Source of the DNA: Mobula hypostoma | Lineage: Eukaryota | Assembly (NCBI RefSeq): GCF_963921235.1 | Contig: NC_086108.1 | Coordinates: 26,848,001-26,912,000, forward strand | Direction of reading: 5' to 3' | DNA: 64,000 nt | Shown: in pieces, positions 1 to 11,321 of the stretch | Layout of the letters: every line of letters starts with the position of its first letter | Position numbering within the stretch: the first letter of the stretch is position 1 | Position numbers and translations under genes: made by a program | The notes under the pieces: model-generated | Told to the model about the DNA's origin: nothing | Database searches by the model: none | Seen by the model: only the letters and a program-made list of their open reading frames with translations

Positions 1-464
1 TCTTTCATTTCCTTAAACTTTCACTTAATTGAGCTGCATAGAGTATATTCTAAAACTAGATCTGCTTTTGGACCTCCAATTTTTCATAATATCCTTGTTT
101 CATTATCATCTGTTGTAGCTCAGATAGAGAGGATACTCTTGATTCTGAAACATAGTTCCAACCTGCTTATGTCTTTCTTCCACATCTTTTTCTGATTTAT
201 AGCGGCACCGGTGAATTATTTGACAGCTCAGCCCCACATCAAGCATATGTCTCCATTTCTGCTGTAGCTCACTGATACCATTTTGATCAGTACATAACAG
301 GTACTTCAAGCAGAAGTTATGTTTTTCATTTCCCAGGTGATGTATTCACTGATACTCTGACAACTCTACTGAGATTAAAGTGTTTGAATACAGCTGCTAG
401 TAACTTCTTCCAAGCTATTAAAACTTAGTTTTCTCTCTCTGTTCAAAGGATTCCTGTTTCACTC

Positions 465-1165
465 ATCATCATCAGTTGCCATGCCCAGTTTGAGCTTTGA
501 CTGCCATGGCCCACACACTCCTGTTTCGGGTCAAGTGGATCAATTCATTGGTATTCATTTCCAGTTCTCTGGCTGCTGTCTCCATCATCATTTGTCTTTG
601 TCTTCCTCTTGCTTTCTTCCCTTCAATCTTTCCCATAATTACCGTGCATTCTAACTCCTCTTTCCTAATCACATGTCCAATGAAGTTACGTTGCCTTTTC
701 ATGATCTCATACATTATTTCTCTTTTTGTGTTTGCTCTGTTCATGACATCCTCGTTAGATATTTGCTTCGTCCATGAGGTTCTTTGCACCCTCCTCAAAA
801 ACCACATCTCTGCTGCTACAATTCATTCCCTCATGTTACTAGATATTGTCCAACATTCTGATCCATATAACATAACTGGATAAACGTAACATTTCAGTAC
901 TCTGAGGCGGGTTGTTGTGCCTAGTTTAGTGTTGGTCAGTATACCCTTCATTCTCAAAAAGGTGTCTTTTATCATCCCTATTCTTATTTTGATGTCCATG
1001 TCGCACCTGCCATCTGATGTCACCCAGCTTCCTAAGTAGCAAAAGTTCTGTACTTTTTTATGTCTTCCCCATTTATTCTCAGTCTGCAGATAGGATTCTC
1101 CTTCCTTGTGGATATCACCATACATTCTGTCTTTTTGCAATTGATAGATCGACCCATTTTTTTGT
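465..1165 (-). mobile_element. 5'-truncated RTE-clade LINE (C-terminal RT region, frameshifted)
   Basis: ORFs 823..1140 (FCYLGSWVTSDGRCD...VMLYGSECWT) and 472..807 (MWFLRR...FIGHVIR...IEGKKARGRQR) are typical RTE C-terminal motifs. The element ends in a (TGA)n tail. An 11-bp TSD CTGTTTCACTC sits at 454-464 and 1166-1176. Confidence 0.9.
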
Positions 1166-1242
1166 CTGTTTCACTCGGACAAAGCTTTTAGGCCTATTTG
1201 ATCTTATCCTTTTATAAGTGTTCCTTATTTTCTTTCTATTCT

Positions 1243-2050
1243 TAGAATCATAGAAGCACACAGTGGAGATCTAGACCCACCTTGTCCATGCCAATCCTGA
1301 TGCCTGTTTATGCTCGTCCCATTTGCCTGTGCTAGACCCTTCTCTTCAACTTTTCCAGCAAAGTGAATGTCCACATACATTTTAAATGCTGTAGTGCTAT
1401 GTACCTCCACATCTTTCCAAAACAGTTCATTCTGTAGGCCTCCGTCAGTCTCGTGTGACCATGGATTTGCGCCTTTGGAAGGTTTCCAGGGCGCAGACCT
1501 GGGCAAGGTTGTATGGAAGACCAGCAGTTGCCCATGCTGCAAGTCTCCCCTCTCCACGCCACCGATGTTGTCCAAGGCAAAGGCATTAGGACCCTTACAG
1601 CTTGGCACCGGTGTCGTCGCAGAGCAATGGGTGGTTAAGTGCCTTGCTCAAGGACACACACGCAGCCTCGGCCAAGGCTCGAACTAGCGACCTTCAGATC
1701 ACTAGATGTATGCCTGAACCACTTGGCCACGTGCCAACACATAGTTCATTCTATGTAACCATTATTGTCTATGTGATAAAACCTACCCCTCAGATCTCCT
1801 TTAAATTTGTTCCCTTTCACCTTAAACTGATGCCCTCTAGTTCTGGATTCCCCTGCTGTGAGAAAAAAAGACTCTGACTGTCTATCCTGTCAATGACTCA
1901 CATAATTTTATGAGCCTTTATAAGAACATTCCACAACCTCCACATTTCACTGAGTATAAGCATAACTTATCCAATCTCTCATATAACTGCAACCACCTTT
2001 TCAGGCAATATCCAGGTGAGCATCTTTTGCACTCTCCCCTTTGCCACCAT
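1243..2050 (-). mobile_element. Old CR1 LINE 3' fragment, interrupted by a SINE
   Basis: CR1-type 3' tail (AGAATCATAGAA on +) and degraded ORF2 C-terminal sequence on both sides of the 1434-1742 insert. Confidence 0.7.
1434..1742 (-). mobile_element. tRNA-derived CORE-type SINE
   Basis: On the minus strand: A box TGGCCAAGTGG, B box GTTCGAGCC, then a CORE-like segment TGTGTCCTTGAGCAAGGCACTTAACC. A 10-bp TSD AGTTCATTCT sits at 1424-1433 and 1743-1752. Confidence 0.8.
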
Positions 2051-2053
2051 ATA

Positions 2054-2124
2054 CAGTACTGTGCAAAAATCATAGCCACATATACAGTATACATCTAGGT
2101 GCCTAAGACTTTTGCCCAATTCTG
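2054..2124. mobile_element. ~72-bp Tc1/mariner-type mini-MITE, copy 1
   Basis: TA|CAGTACTGTGCAAAA...TGCCTAAGACTTTTGCCCAATTCTG|TA: terminal inverted repeats (TIRs) flanked by TA. Confidence 0.75.
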
Positions 2125-2233
2125 TATATTGGTCAAAATAGGAAGGTAGGTGGGAATCAGAAATAAGAGTATGTGGCTTTCTATGAGCTCAGCAGTATTA
2201 AGTGTTACTTGGTAACTGGAGAGATGTAATATA

Positions 2234-2306
2234 CATGACTGTGCAAAAGCCATTGACACCCTAGCTATATACAGTATATATATGTCTAAGTTTTATGCAG
2301 TACTTG
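2234..2306. mobile_element. ~72-bp Tc1/mariner-type mini-MITE, copy 2 (opposite orientation, more degraded)
   Basis: TA|CATGACTGTGCAAAAG...CACCCTAGCTATATACAG...TGTCTAAG...GCAGTACTTG|TA. Confidence 0.6.
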
Positions 2307-2734
2307 TACTTCCTATAGCATGGCAGCCAGGAGCGCATGGAAGACTCCAAGTGCAATCTAACCAATATATTGCACAGCTGCAATGTATCATCCCCAGTTA
2401 CAGCTTTTAAATTGCACTTTGATCTCCAAAATTTAAATCTCAGCTATCACTGCATATAAGTAGACCTATTTTTTAAAATCCTTCAACATCAGTCTATTTC
2501 TCTTTGGTTCCTGTACATCTATCCTTTCAGATGCATTGAAAAGATTTCATGGATATTCTGCTCACTGTGAAGATCTTGCAAGAAATCTTTCCAGTTCATT
2601 CTTTAACCAGCTATTCTACTCCTCTCCCCCTAATAATTTGACATTATTGTTATCGCACTCCATAACTAGCTGTTTTCAGGAAATTAACTTGATAAGACTT
2701 CTTTTCCTAAGCTAGATCTCCTGTTAAAAAATTA

Positions 2735-2878
2735 AAAAAGAAATTGCAAATATTGGAAAACTCAAGCAAATACAGAAATTGCTGGAAGTATTAAAGACAT
2801 CAGACTACACCCGTGTGTCTTTTTTTCCCAGAGACTTTGCCTAACCGGCTGAGTATTTTTATACTTTTATCATTTTTA
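2735..2878. mobile_element. Degraded inverted pair of Penelope-like element 3' termini
   Basis: The left part resembles the reverse complement of the PLE terminus (compare 19510-19585). The right part resembles the forward terminus (compare 33730-33780). Confidence 0.45.
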
Positions 2879-3512
2879 GCAAGAAATGTGTTTTTTCTGG
2901 GTGTACTGAAAGGTATTACAAGGGTATTAAAAAAACTTGGGCCTTTTTCAAATCACCTGACAAGCAAATGACCTCTATCCTGTTTCACAGCTGTGAGATT
3001 TTGGTTTGAGGTGTGGTAGTACCCTATCTTCTGCAGGGAATGCTGAGTGTTGTCTTAACATCCAGTGAGTACTCTCACTAGTCGCAGAATCTGTGGGGAG
3101 GATTGATGATGAAATACAGGGCCAAAATCTGGGTATGGAAGAATCATAAAGATCACTAAAATCTGCAACTTTCTCTACCCAGGTTATCGAGACTGACTCC
3201 AAATGAACATTCCCACAGGCAAGTGTTCTGTTAATGGAATAATACTAAAAGTTTGTGGAATTAGCTTAATGGGGATAGACTCAACAGGCAGGCAGAATGA
3301 CCTGATGAGGTGGAAAGGCAGTTTGGTTTTCCACAGATTGATGAAAATATTACACAAACCACCAAGCCAAACTTCCTTTGTCCTCAGCATTCAACTGTAG
3401 ATTGTGTTATGCAGAAGCTAGCCAACTTACCATCCACTCCTGAATTTCTGGGATTCATGTTCCTCATTCCTTGCTTCATGATGGACTATGCCACAAACCA
3501 TTTTGTTATACT

Positions 3513-4057
3513 TATAACACCCCGGGAAAGCTTTCACTGCCAATGTAATGGTTTCTCTGTAGCAGCAGTGTGTTTGGGTTATGACTGGAGATAACGGGGG
3601 CTTTGGAATATGCCGCATCCAGTGAAGGAATGTTCTTCCTTCTTGTGTGCCCGAGAGCAAGGAATTCACGGGCTTTTGTTTGGCGGAAGATGGAGAGAGA
3701 AGACGCTAGAATGGAGAAGTCGTAAACTGCAGGATTGAGTGGGCGTAGAATAGGGTCGAGAGTCGACGATGCCTGGGGGAAATCGATGGAGAACGAACGG
3801 CCGGGAAAATCATGAGCTCCAACGTGCGCATTAGACTGTTTCATTAAATGCATCCTTTTCTTTTTGTTTTCTTTACTAACCCTCTTAGTCAAATTAAGAA
3901 TTATAAAGCTAAATCATCAATTGCATATGGTGTACTGTTTGTTATTTCATGATACTGATTTGTAACAGGGGAAAACATCACGCAGCATCCACACAAACAA
4001 GATTTCATAAGTTTGGCGGGATGGAGACTGATGCGGCCGACCAAACCTAGGGTTACA
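3513..4057 (+). repeat. 5' LTR of Gypsy element
   Basis: Direct repeat of 9858-10414. Begins TATAACAC (mutated TGTAA) and ends GGGTTACA. Confidence 0.92.
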
Positions 4058-4061
4058 ATTG

Positions 4062-4081
4062 TGGGGGTATCATTCCAGGAT
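4062..4081 (+). promoter_or_regulatory. Degenerate primer-binding site, tRNA-Pro-like
   Basis: TGGGGGTATCATTCCAGGAT just after the LTR resembles the canonical tRNA-Pro PBS TGGGGGCTCGTCCGGGAT. Confidence 0.6.
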
Positions 4082-4155
4082 TGATTCCGTTGGATGCTGT
4101 GTGATTGCCCTGAGCATTGAAGCTGTGGGTTGTGTGTTTTAAGTCTGTGCTAGTA

Positions 4156-5330
4156 TGGATGTTGCTGGGGTGAAGCAGTTGTGTTCATCCATGGGGGTTA
4201 CCGGCAACTAACACGTGTGTGTTGAGTGGGGTAGATATTCATACTTCAGATGAATTGTTAATTCGCCTCTTACGTACTGTTAAAGTTGTTAGCAAAGTTA
4301 CGATTGCATTTGATAAAATGGCGGGTGCAGCCCTTGTTTTACTGCAGACTAGCACTGACGTAACGGCATCCGAGCAGGCCAAATCACAACATGATTTTCC
4401 CGTAGCTGGGGGCAGAGACTTCAAAGACAGGGTTCTATCATTTCTGAGGAGTTCGGGATCGGATTTGGAATGTCTAATTAGTCCCCGTCCCCCAGTGAAA
4501 AGTGAGAATTCTGAGTTATTATCTGCCCTTACCTCTCCAGTGAATAAATGGAAAAGTGCCGAGGTCCAAAGTCCCAGCTATGGAAGGCTCTACCTATTCT
4601 CTGGAATAACGCCCACACCTAAAGGGGAAGAGGAGAATGAGAACTGAGCAGACCTCTCGGTTGTTAGATGAGTGGCAGTGTTCTGATGACGTAAAGCGAC
4701 AAAGATTGTTTGAGAGTTTGAGGGGGCGGGCTGCTGAAGTTGTGAGAGATGTATAGTTCCAGTGCCCCCGAGCCAAGGCGGCTGATGGGAGCACTGGAAA
4801 ATGCCTTTGGCATGACAGGAAGCTGAATGGAGCTCATGACCAGGTTTCAGAACATGCTTCAGGAGAAAGGGGAGAAGCTTTCTGCCTATATCTTATGGCT
4901 AGAGAGGCAGTTAAATTGTTTGCAGCGCAGAGGGACCATTCAGGCAGCTGAGGTGGATCAGTTAACAATGGATCAGATAGCAAAGAGCGCCCAGTCCCAG
5001 GACCTGATTGCTTGGGGTCTCCGACTGTCTCGTAAGACGAGCCTCCCTCCCTTGTTTGTTGACCTGATCAGAGAAGTACGAGAGGAGGAGAATGCGTCAC
5101 AGGCACACAAGGCCTTCGGCAGCAGGGTACAGTCCTCAGTAGTGGTCCTCTGTGGTGAAGTGACCACGGATAGCCTGGCCTGGGGAGCAGTTGAGGAGAT
5201 TGGTGCAGAGTTGAGAACTGAGATGTCCCGGTTGTTATCAGCAGGTGTGACCCCCCCCCCACCCCCCATATGAGGGAGCTGATCCTCTAAGGGAACGAAC
5301 AATGCGGAGGGCTGATAGCAGCTGGTGTCA
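4156..5330 (+). pseudogene. Gypsy gag remnant, PNMA/paraneoplastic-Ma-like
   Basis: Motifs YGRLYLFSGITPTPKGEEE and FQNMLQEKGEKLSAYILWLERQL...LFVDLIREVREEE match the PNMA-type capsid region. Broken by stops. Confidence 0.8.
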
Positions 5331-5489
5331 CGCAAGAAGGAGAGTGACCCCCCCCCCCCCCGGGTACCTGAGCAGAGAGAGTCGTTGGGAAAACTTAGAG
5401 GAGAACAGCTTGGTGACTCTGGGGGAACACATTCCCAGCAATATACCAAGGAACCCCAAAAGCGAAAGACCCCATTTCTGAAGGCCTAG

Positions 5490-8400
5490 TGGGGCTATGC
5501 TCCAGTGTATCACAACGGATAGAGGGTATTTATGCTAAAGCCATGCTCATCGCTGGGTCGCAGGTCACGTTGCTGTACTGTTCATTTTACAACCGGTATC
5601 TGATGCATTTACCATTGATACCATTCAGCGCACTGGAGATCTGGCGTCTTAGTGCTGGTGATTATCCATCCATACGATGGTTATTTGTCAGTGAGGCTGG
5701 GGTTTTCGGTGGCCGATGTGGGAGTGGCCGAGGTCCTTGATACATTAATGCTGGTTTGTCCATACCCCGTAGAGAGGGGCGGCAGTTCAATTCTGGTGGG
5801 GACCAACGCTCCTCTGGTGAGGAGGATTATGGGGGCCTGCAAGGAGAAGGCTGGGGAGAGCTTTCTGGGAACACTGTCCGTTCACCCGGTGTTTCGAGCA
5901 GCTTTTGAGGAAGTGCAGGGCTGCATTGTGTCGGATACTGAAATTAGATGAGGGATTGTGTGGTTCACCTAGTCAAAGCCAATGGTGGTATGGCCTGGAG
6001 AAGTAACAAGAGTGATGGGGACCCCCAAATTTCCCGGAATACCTGAGGGCGAGGCCCTCTTAGTGGACGGTCTGGAAGACCATGAGGGGGAGTCAGGATT
6101 TCCTGCTAGGGTACTGGTGAGGCCTGAATTGCAGAAGCCTTCTGTTGTACAGGCGAGCAGGATGGCAGTGATTGTCAGGAACACTGCAAAGAAGGAGGTT
6201 ACTTTCAAGCAAGGGATGCCCCTGGCGCATTTGTTCCCGGTGACGGTAATGTCTAGTGTCCATGTGAGACAAGCCAGGAGAAACCCTCTGTTAAGGGGAG
6301 AAGGTTGATTGCAGAGTCATTCAACTTCAGGGACTCCCAGGTACCTGCAGGTTGGAAGAGGAGGTTGGTAGAGAAAATATTGAAGCTGGCAGGTGTCTTT
6401 TCCACTGATGAGTTTGATGTGAGTTGTTCCAAGAACACTCGTCACACCATCTGGGTGATCAAGTACACCCCGTTCAGAGAGAGGTCACGGAGACTGGCCC
6501 CGCAGAGGTGGAAAACATTCAGCAACAATGTTGTAAATTGAAGGAAGCTGGGATCATCACCGAGTCCCGAAGCCCCTATGCGTCCCCAATTGTAGTGGCC
6601 CGAAAGAAGAATGGGAAGGTATGGATGTGGGTACACTATAGGACTCTGAACAACCGTACCGTCCCTGACCGGTATACTGTCCCGAGGATCGAAGACGCGC
6701 TGGCCTGTCTGAATGGGGAAGCGGTTCAGTGTGCTGGACTTGAAGAGTGGATATTGCCAGATCCCCAAGAGTGAGGCTGACAAAGAGAAGTTGGCATTTA
6801 TATGTCTACTCGGATTCTCCAGTTCGAAAGGATACCCCAGGGCATCTCAGGAGCTCCTGCAACCTCCCAGCATATCATGGAGAAAACAGTGGGGGATATG
6901 AACTTGCTTGCGGTATTGGTGCATCTGGATGACCTCATAGTGTTTGGATCCACCTTGGAAAAACATGAAGCGAGACTACTGAAGGTACAAGACCACCTGA
7001 AAGCTGAAGGGTTAAAACTTTCCTTGAACAAGTGCCAGTTCAGAAAGAAGTCTGTTAGCTATGTTGGGCACATTGTCTCACGGAAAGGAGTAGCTATTAT
7101 CCATCTAAGTTAGAGATGGTGACCACCTGGCCAGGGACCCAGACTGTGAGCGCTCTGCGCTCATTCCTTGGGCTCTTGGTTACAATCGGAGGTTCGTGAA
7201 GGGCTACATGGAAGTGAGTCACCTGTTGAATCAGCTGCTGTGTGGTTACTCTCCCTTGGGGAAGAAAGGAAGGAGGACAAAAGGAGAGGAGGGTGCAGAG
7301 TATCTTAGCCCTTCGGAGCCTTTTGGACCGAGGTGGGATGCAGAATGTGAGGAGGCCTGTCAGTCACCGAAGGAGTTGATGACCCAGGTGCCTGTGCTGG
7401 CTGTTTTGGACCCCTGATTGCTGTATGTACTGCATACAGATGCCAACAGAGAGGGCTTAGGGGGTGTCCTGTATCAGGATCAGGGCACCGGGTTGAGAAT
7501 TGTTGCGTTTGTCAGCTGGAGTCTGTTGCCCTCTGAGAAAAACTATCCCATCCACAAGCTGGAGTTCCTGGCATTAAAATTGGCCATGGTGTATAACTGA
7601 GTGACCACCTCTATGGTGCCAAGTTTGAGGTGAAGAAGGACAACAATCCCCTAACTTAAATCCCGACCTCAGCCACAGACCATCAGTGTTTGGTGGCATT
7701 GTCTGCCTATGATTTCAGCCTGAATTACCGGCTGGGAAGCAGAAACGTTGATGCTGATGCTTTGTCCCAACATATGCATGAACGGCTGGATGGGGACAAA
7801 AAGTGGGAGAGCATTTCTGCCCCAGAGATGAAGGCCATGTGAAGGCAGGTGGAAGCCAAGGGCAGGATAGAGCGGCAGATCAACTGGGAGCTTCTGATGA
7901 CACTATTCTACAAGCTTACTGTATCCTGACTGCTCTGAAGACAACCCAGTTACCGGAATTGAGTCCCGGGGAAGTGGCAACTGCTCAGCAAAATGATCCG
8001 GGCATCGGTACCATTTGGTCAGTGATCGAAAAGGGAGACATGGCTCAGGCGGAGAAGAAGAACCATGCTGTGGTGCCTCCATTACTGGGAGAATGACCCT
8101 GGTTGGGGTTGTGGAACCTGATCCTTTACTGGGTCATGTCATCTCCGGACCAACCTCGGCGTTCCCTGCTGGTTCTGCCTGAGATGTATTGGAGGATTGT
8201 GTTGAAGTCACCTCATGATGATCTGGACATCTGGGGGTTGAAAAGACCTATGGATTGCTCAGAGACCAGTTCTACTGGCCCCAAATGAAGCTGCAGGTTG
8301 AGGAATCCTGCAAGTCGTACATTTGAAGCATTCAGCAGAAGATTCTGCCTATTCAGGCAGCTCCCTTGCCTCACCTGCAGAGTGTGGGCCCCCTGGACCT

Positions 8401-9460
8401 GGTGCATATAGATTTCCTGTCAATAGAGCCAGATGCCAGCAACATGGCGAATGTCTTAGTCATCACGGATCACTACACCCGATATGCGCAGGCTTTCCCT
8501 ACCAAGGACCAGAGGGTGTCTACGGTGACCAAAGTGTTATGGGAGAAGTATTTTGTTTATTATGGTCTTCCCAGGTGGATACCCAATGATCAGGGATGGG
8601 ATTTTGAAAGCCAACTCATCCATGAGTTACTGAGTTTGCTTGGAGTCGAGGAGTCGAGGACTACTCCCTATCATCCGCAGGGTGATCCCAGTCCAAGGGG
8701 TTTAATCAGACCTTGCTAGACATGCTAGAGACCTTGCAGATCAGCAAGAAGAGCAGGTGGAGTCAACATATTGGACATCTGGTCCACAGTTACAACTGTA
8801 CCCAAAATAAAGCTACCGAGTACTCGCCGTATTACCTGATGTTTGGGTGCGAGGCAAGCTTGCCCATTAACCTCTGTTTTGGAACTGACGAGGGCGACCT
8901 ACCAGCGAAGACTTATTTGAAGTATGTGTCTGACATGAGAAGAGAGCTGAAAAGGGTTTATGAAATAGCGAGGGTCATGGCTGCCAAACAGGATCAGGGA
9001 AATAAGAGGAGGTACGATCAAAACGTGAGGTTCTTCCAACTCCTGCCGGGAGACTGAGTCCTCATAAGGAACTTGTGGCTACCTGGGAAGCATAAGTTGG
9101 CTGATCACTGGGTGGCTGAGCCTTATGTGGTGGATAGTCAGATGCCAAACATATCAGTATTCCGGGTGAAACCAGAGGATGGGAATGGGCCTGTCTAGAT
9201 TCTCCATCAGAACCACCTTCTGCCTCTGGGACAAGAGGTGCAGATTGACCCAGAGCCTGACCTGGAGCCTACGCTTAGTAAGAGGACTCTGCGGCAATGT
9301 GGGGCAACACCAGCTGGAGAGGTTAGGCTGGGCCCTGCCCCTGAATGGGATATTGATTTGGAGGATAAGGACATGGAGCTGTGGTATATGCTGCCTTTTA
9401 TTAACTCCCCACTGATTGAAGAAGAGGCTCCCAACCCTTCTCACGTTTGCTGAGTCAGGT
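5490..9460 (+). pseudogene. Gypsy pol remnant (protease, RT, RNase H, integrase)
   Basis: Protease AMLIAGSQVTLL (decayed LDTGSQV); RT SPYASPIVVARKKNG...PRIEDAL and VLVHLDDLIVF; RNase H LHTDANREGLGGVLYQ...EKNYPIHKLEFLAL; integrase LVHIDFL...ITDHYTRYAQAF...TTPYHPQGD. Confidence 0.92.
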
Positions 9461-9838
9461 GAAGTGGGGCTGGGGGGTGGAATCTGTGGGCAGCCTGGGT
9501 TGTAGCGGGACCCTGCAAGGGATGAAGCAGAGCTTAGCCAGGGGATAGAGGGGTCTGAGTTGTAAGTGGGCATGAGTAATAAGTCAGAGGAGGCCTTGCC
9601 AGGCAGACCAGAAGTATTCCCAGTAGTGTCAGAACATGAAGAGGTGGATGAGGGGGTATGGAGGTTTCACAGAATCAGGAGACCACTGGACAGGCTGGCA
9701 TATGTAGCATCAGGGGAACAGAGTGTGGCCCCGACCGCTTTGGGAAGCTATGTCATTGCCTTTTACACGTGGGTTAGAGTTTGTGTTCTGCAGGAAGGGT
9801 TGGCAAATTAACTCAGTCATAAGGGCATGACTAAATTT

Positions 9839-9857
9839 GGTGGGGGGGGGGGAAGAG
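9839..9857 (+). promoter_or_regulatory. Polypurine tract
   Basis: GGTGGGGGGGGGGGAAGAG immediately before the TG of the 3' LTR. Confidence 0.85.
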
Positions 9858-10414
9858 TGTAATGCCCTGGGAAAGGTTTCACTGTTAATGTAATAATTTC
9901 TCTGTAGCAGCAGTGTGTTTGGGTTATGACTGGGGATAACGGGGGCTTTGGAATGTGTGGCATCCAATGACGGGAGGTTCTCCTTTCTTGTGTGCCCAAG
10001 AGCAAGGGATTTGCGGTGTTTTGTTTGGCAGAAGATGGAGAGAGAAGATGCCAGAATGGGAAGGTCATAGACTGCAGGACTAAGTGGGCATGGAATGGGG
10101 TCAGGAGTCAATGACGCCTGGGGAGAAGTTGATGGAGAACGAACGGACAAGAAAATTGAGCTCCAGCGTGAGCATTAGACTGTTTCATTAAAATGGGCCT
10201 TTTTTTTGTTTTCTTTACTAACCCTCTAGTCAACTTGAGAATTATAAAGCTAAATCGTCTAATTGCATTTGGTGTACTGTTTGTTATTTCGTGGTACTGA
10301 TTTGTAACAGGGGAAAACATTATGCAGCATTCACGCAAACAAGATTTCTCAAGTTTGGCGGGGTGGAGAGTGTCTTCCCCTGGACTATGGTTGCTGACCA
10401 AACCTAGGGTTACA
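9858..10414 (+). repeat. 3' LTR of Gypsy element
   Basis: TGTAATGCCC...GGGTTACA, a direct repeat of 3513-4057. Confidence 0.92.
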
Positions 10415-10519
10415 TACTTCAGCTCTTCAAAATCTGAAGATTGATTTTTGTACACATTCCGGCCTAAAAAGATTACAATTCTACTGTATGTATTTCAGTC
10501 GTCATATCGTATATTGGAT

Positions 10520-10790
10520 GAATTAATTTTATTTATTAGCTTGTGAGCATGGACATTGTTGGCTGTAAATATTGCCCATCCTTATTTGTTGTCTGAATTG
10601 AATGGCCTGCAAGGCTATATCAGATGTTATTAAAAAGAGTCAACCATATTAAAAGGTCTCAAGTCACAAATACTGTAGGCCCAGGTAAGAATGTCAGATT
10701 TCTTTTCCTAAGCAACTTAAGTGAGCCAGATGATTTTGTTTGTGGCAGTTTTGTTTTATGGCTCTGGTAGTTTCAGATCCTCAGATCAAT
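10520..10790 (-). mobile_element. Old degraded SINE-like repeat (same family as 48150-48400)
   Basis: The reverse complement resembles 48150-48400 (GGAAGGA...CTGC..TCCTT...CCAGA..CA...ATGT..TTGACTC). Recognised by eye only. Confidence 0.4.
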
Positions 10791-11321
10791 CAGGCAGGTC
10801 TCCGGATACATATCCAATAACATAACCTTAACGCTAACATTGAATGAAGAAAATCCTAACAGATGTGCAGAAGATTGGGAATGTGCTTGAAATATTGTTG
10901 GAACATAAATCCATGTCTGTTAAAGGTAGTTGAGTGTGGCAATATGCTGGAGGCTAAATCAGATGAACTTCCAGAAACAATGCTGACACATCAGTTGTTT
11001 TAATGTGTTTACTTCACCAGCTTATTAAGTGGTACTTGGAGCAAAACAACATTGGAACAGTGAAGCAGGAATGGATGATTTGGCCCCTTGAACCAGGTTA
11101 TAGTTAATGTGACATTGGTTCACTTGTTGCTTTTAAAAGAGGTTTATAAAACAGATTGCTAAAAATCTGATAATTTCAGATTTGAAATTGACAATCATTT
11201 AAAAAGTAATTATATTTCATTTCAGGCAGTTTGTGCTTTCACCACAGTTTCAGAGAACATAAGACCATATTTACCATGCCAATTGCCCTTAAATATTCAT
11301 TTTAAGTTTCAGTTCATGTAA

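Larger units (their letters stand above)
3513..10414 (+). mobile_element. Full-length, decayed Ty3/Gypsy LTR retrotransposon (gag-PR-RT-RNaseH-IN) with PNMA-like gag
   Basis: Paired LTRs at 3513-4057 and 9858-10414, 4-bp TSD TACT (3509-3512, 10415-10418), PBS, polypurine tract (PPT), and pol motifs in Gypsy order. Many stops and frameshifts. Confidence 0.95.

Noticed and set aside
106..309. 67-aa minus-strand ORF with a possible CAG|GTTGGA donor
   Set aside because: No recognisable homology and no convincing acceptor, so it cannot be supported as a host exon.
497..883. Hydrophobic 128-aa ORF resembling a membrane protein
   Set aside because: It is the antisense shadow of the RTE coding strand.
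1700..1742. tRNA-like A/B box sequence (also at 28116-28185 and 55935-56005)
   Set aside because: These are SINE heads with body, tail and in one case a TSD. No complete cloverleaf is present, so they are not tRNA genes.
9060..9830. Possible env-like or extra ORF after the integrase
   Set aside because: Only the integrase C-terminal tail and an acidic low-complexity extension are visible. There is no signal peptide, furin site or transmembrane pattern.
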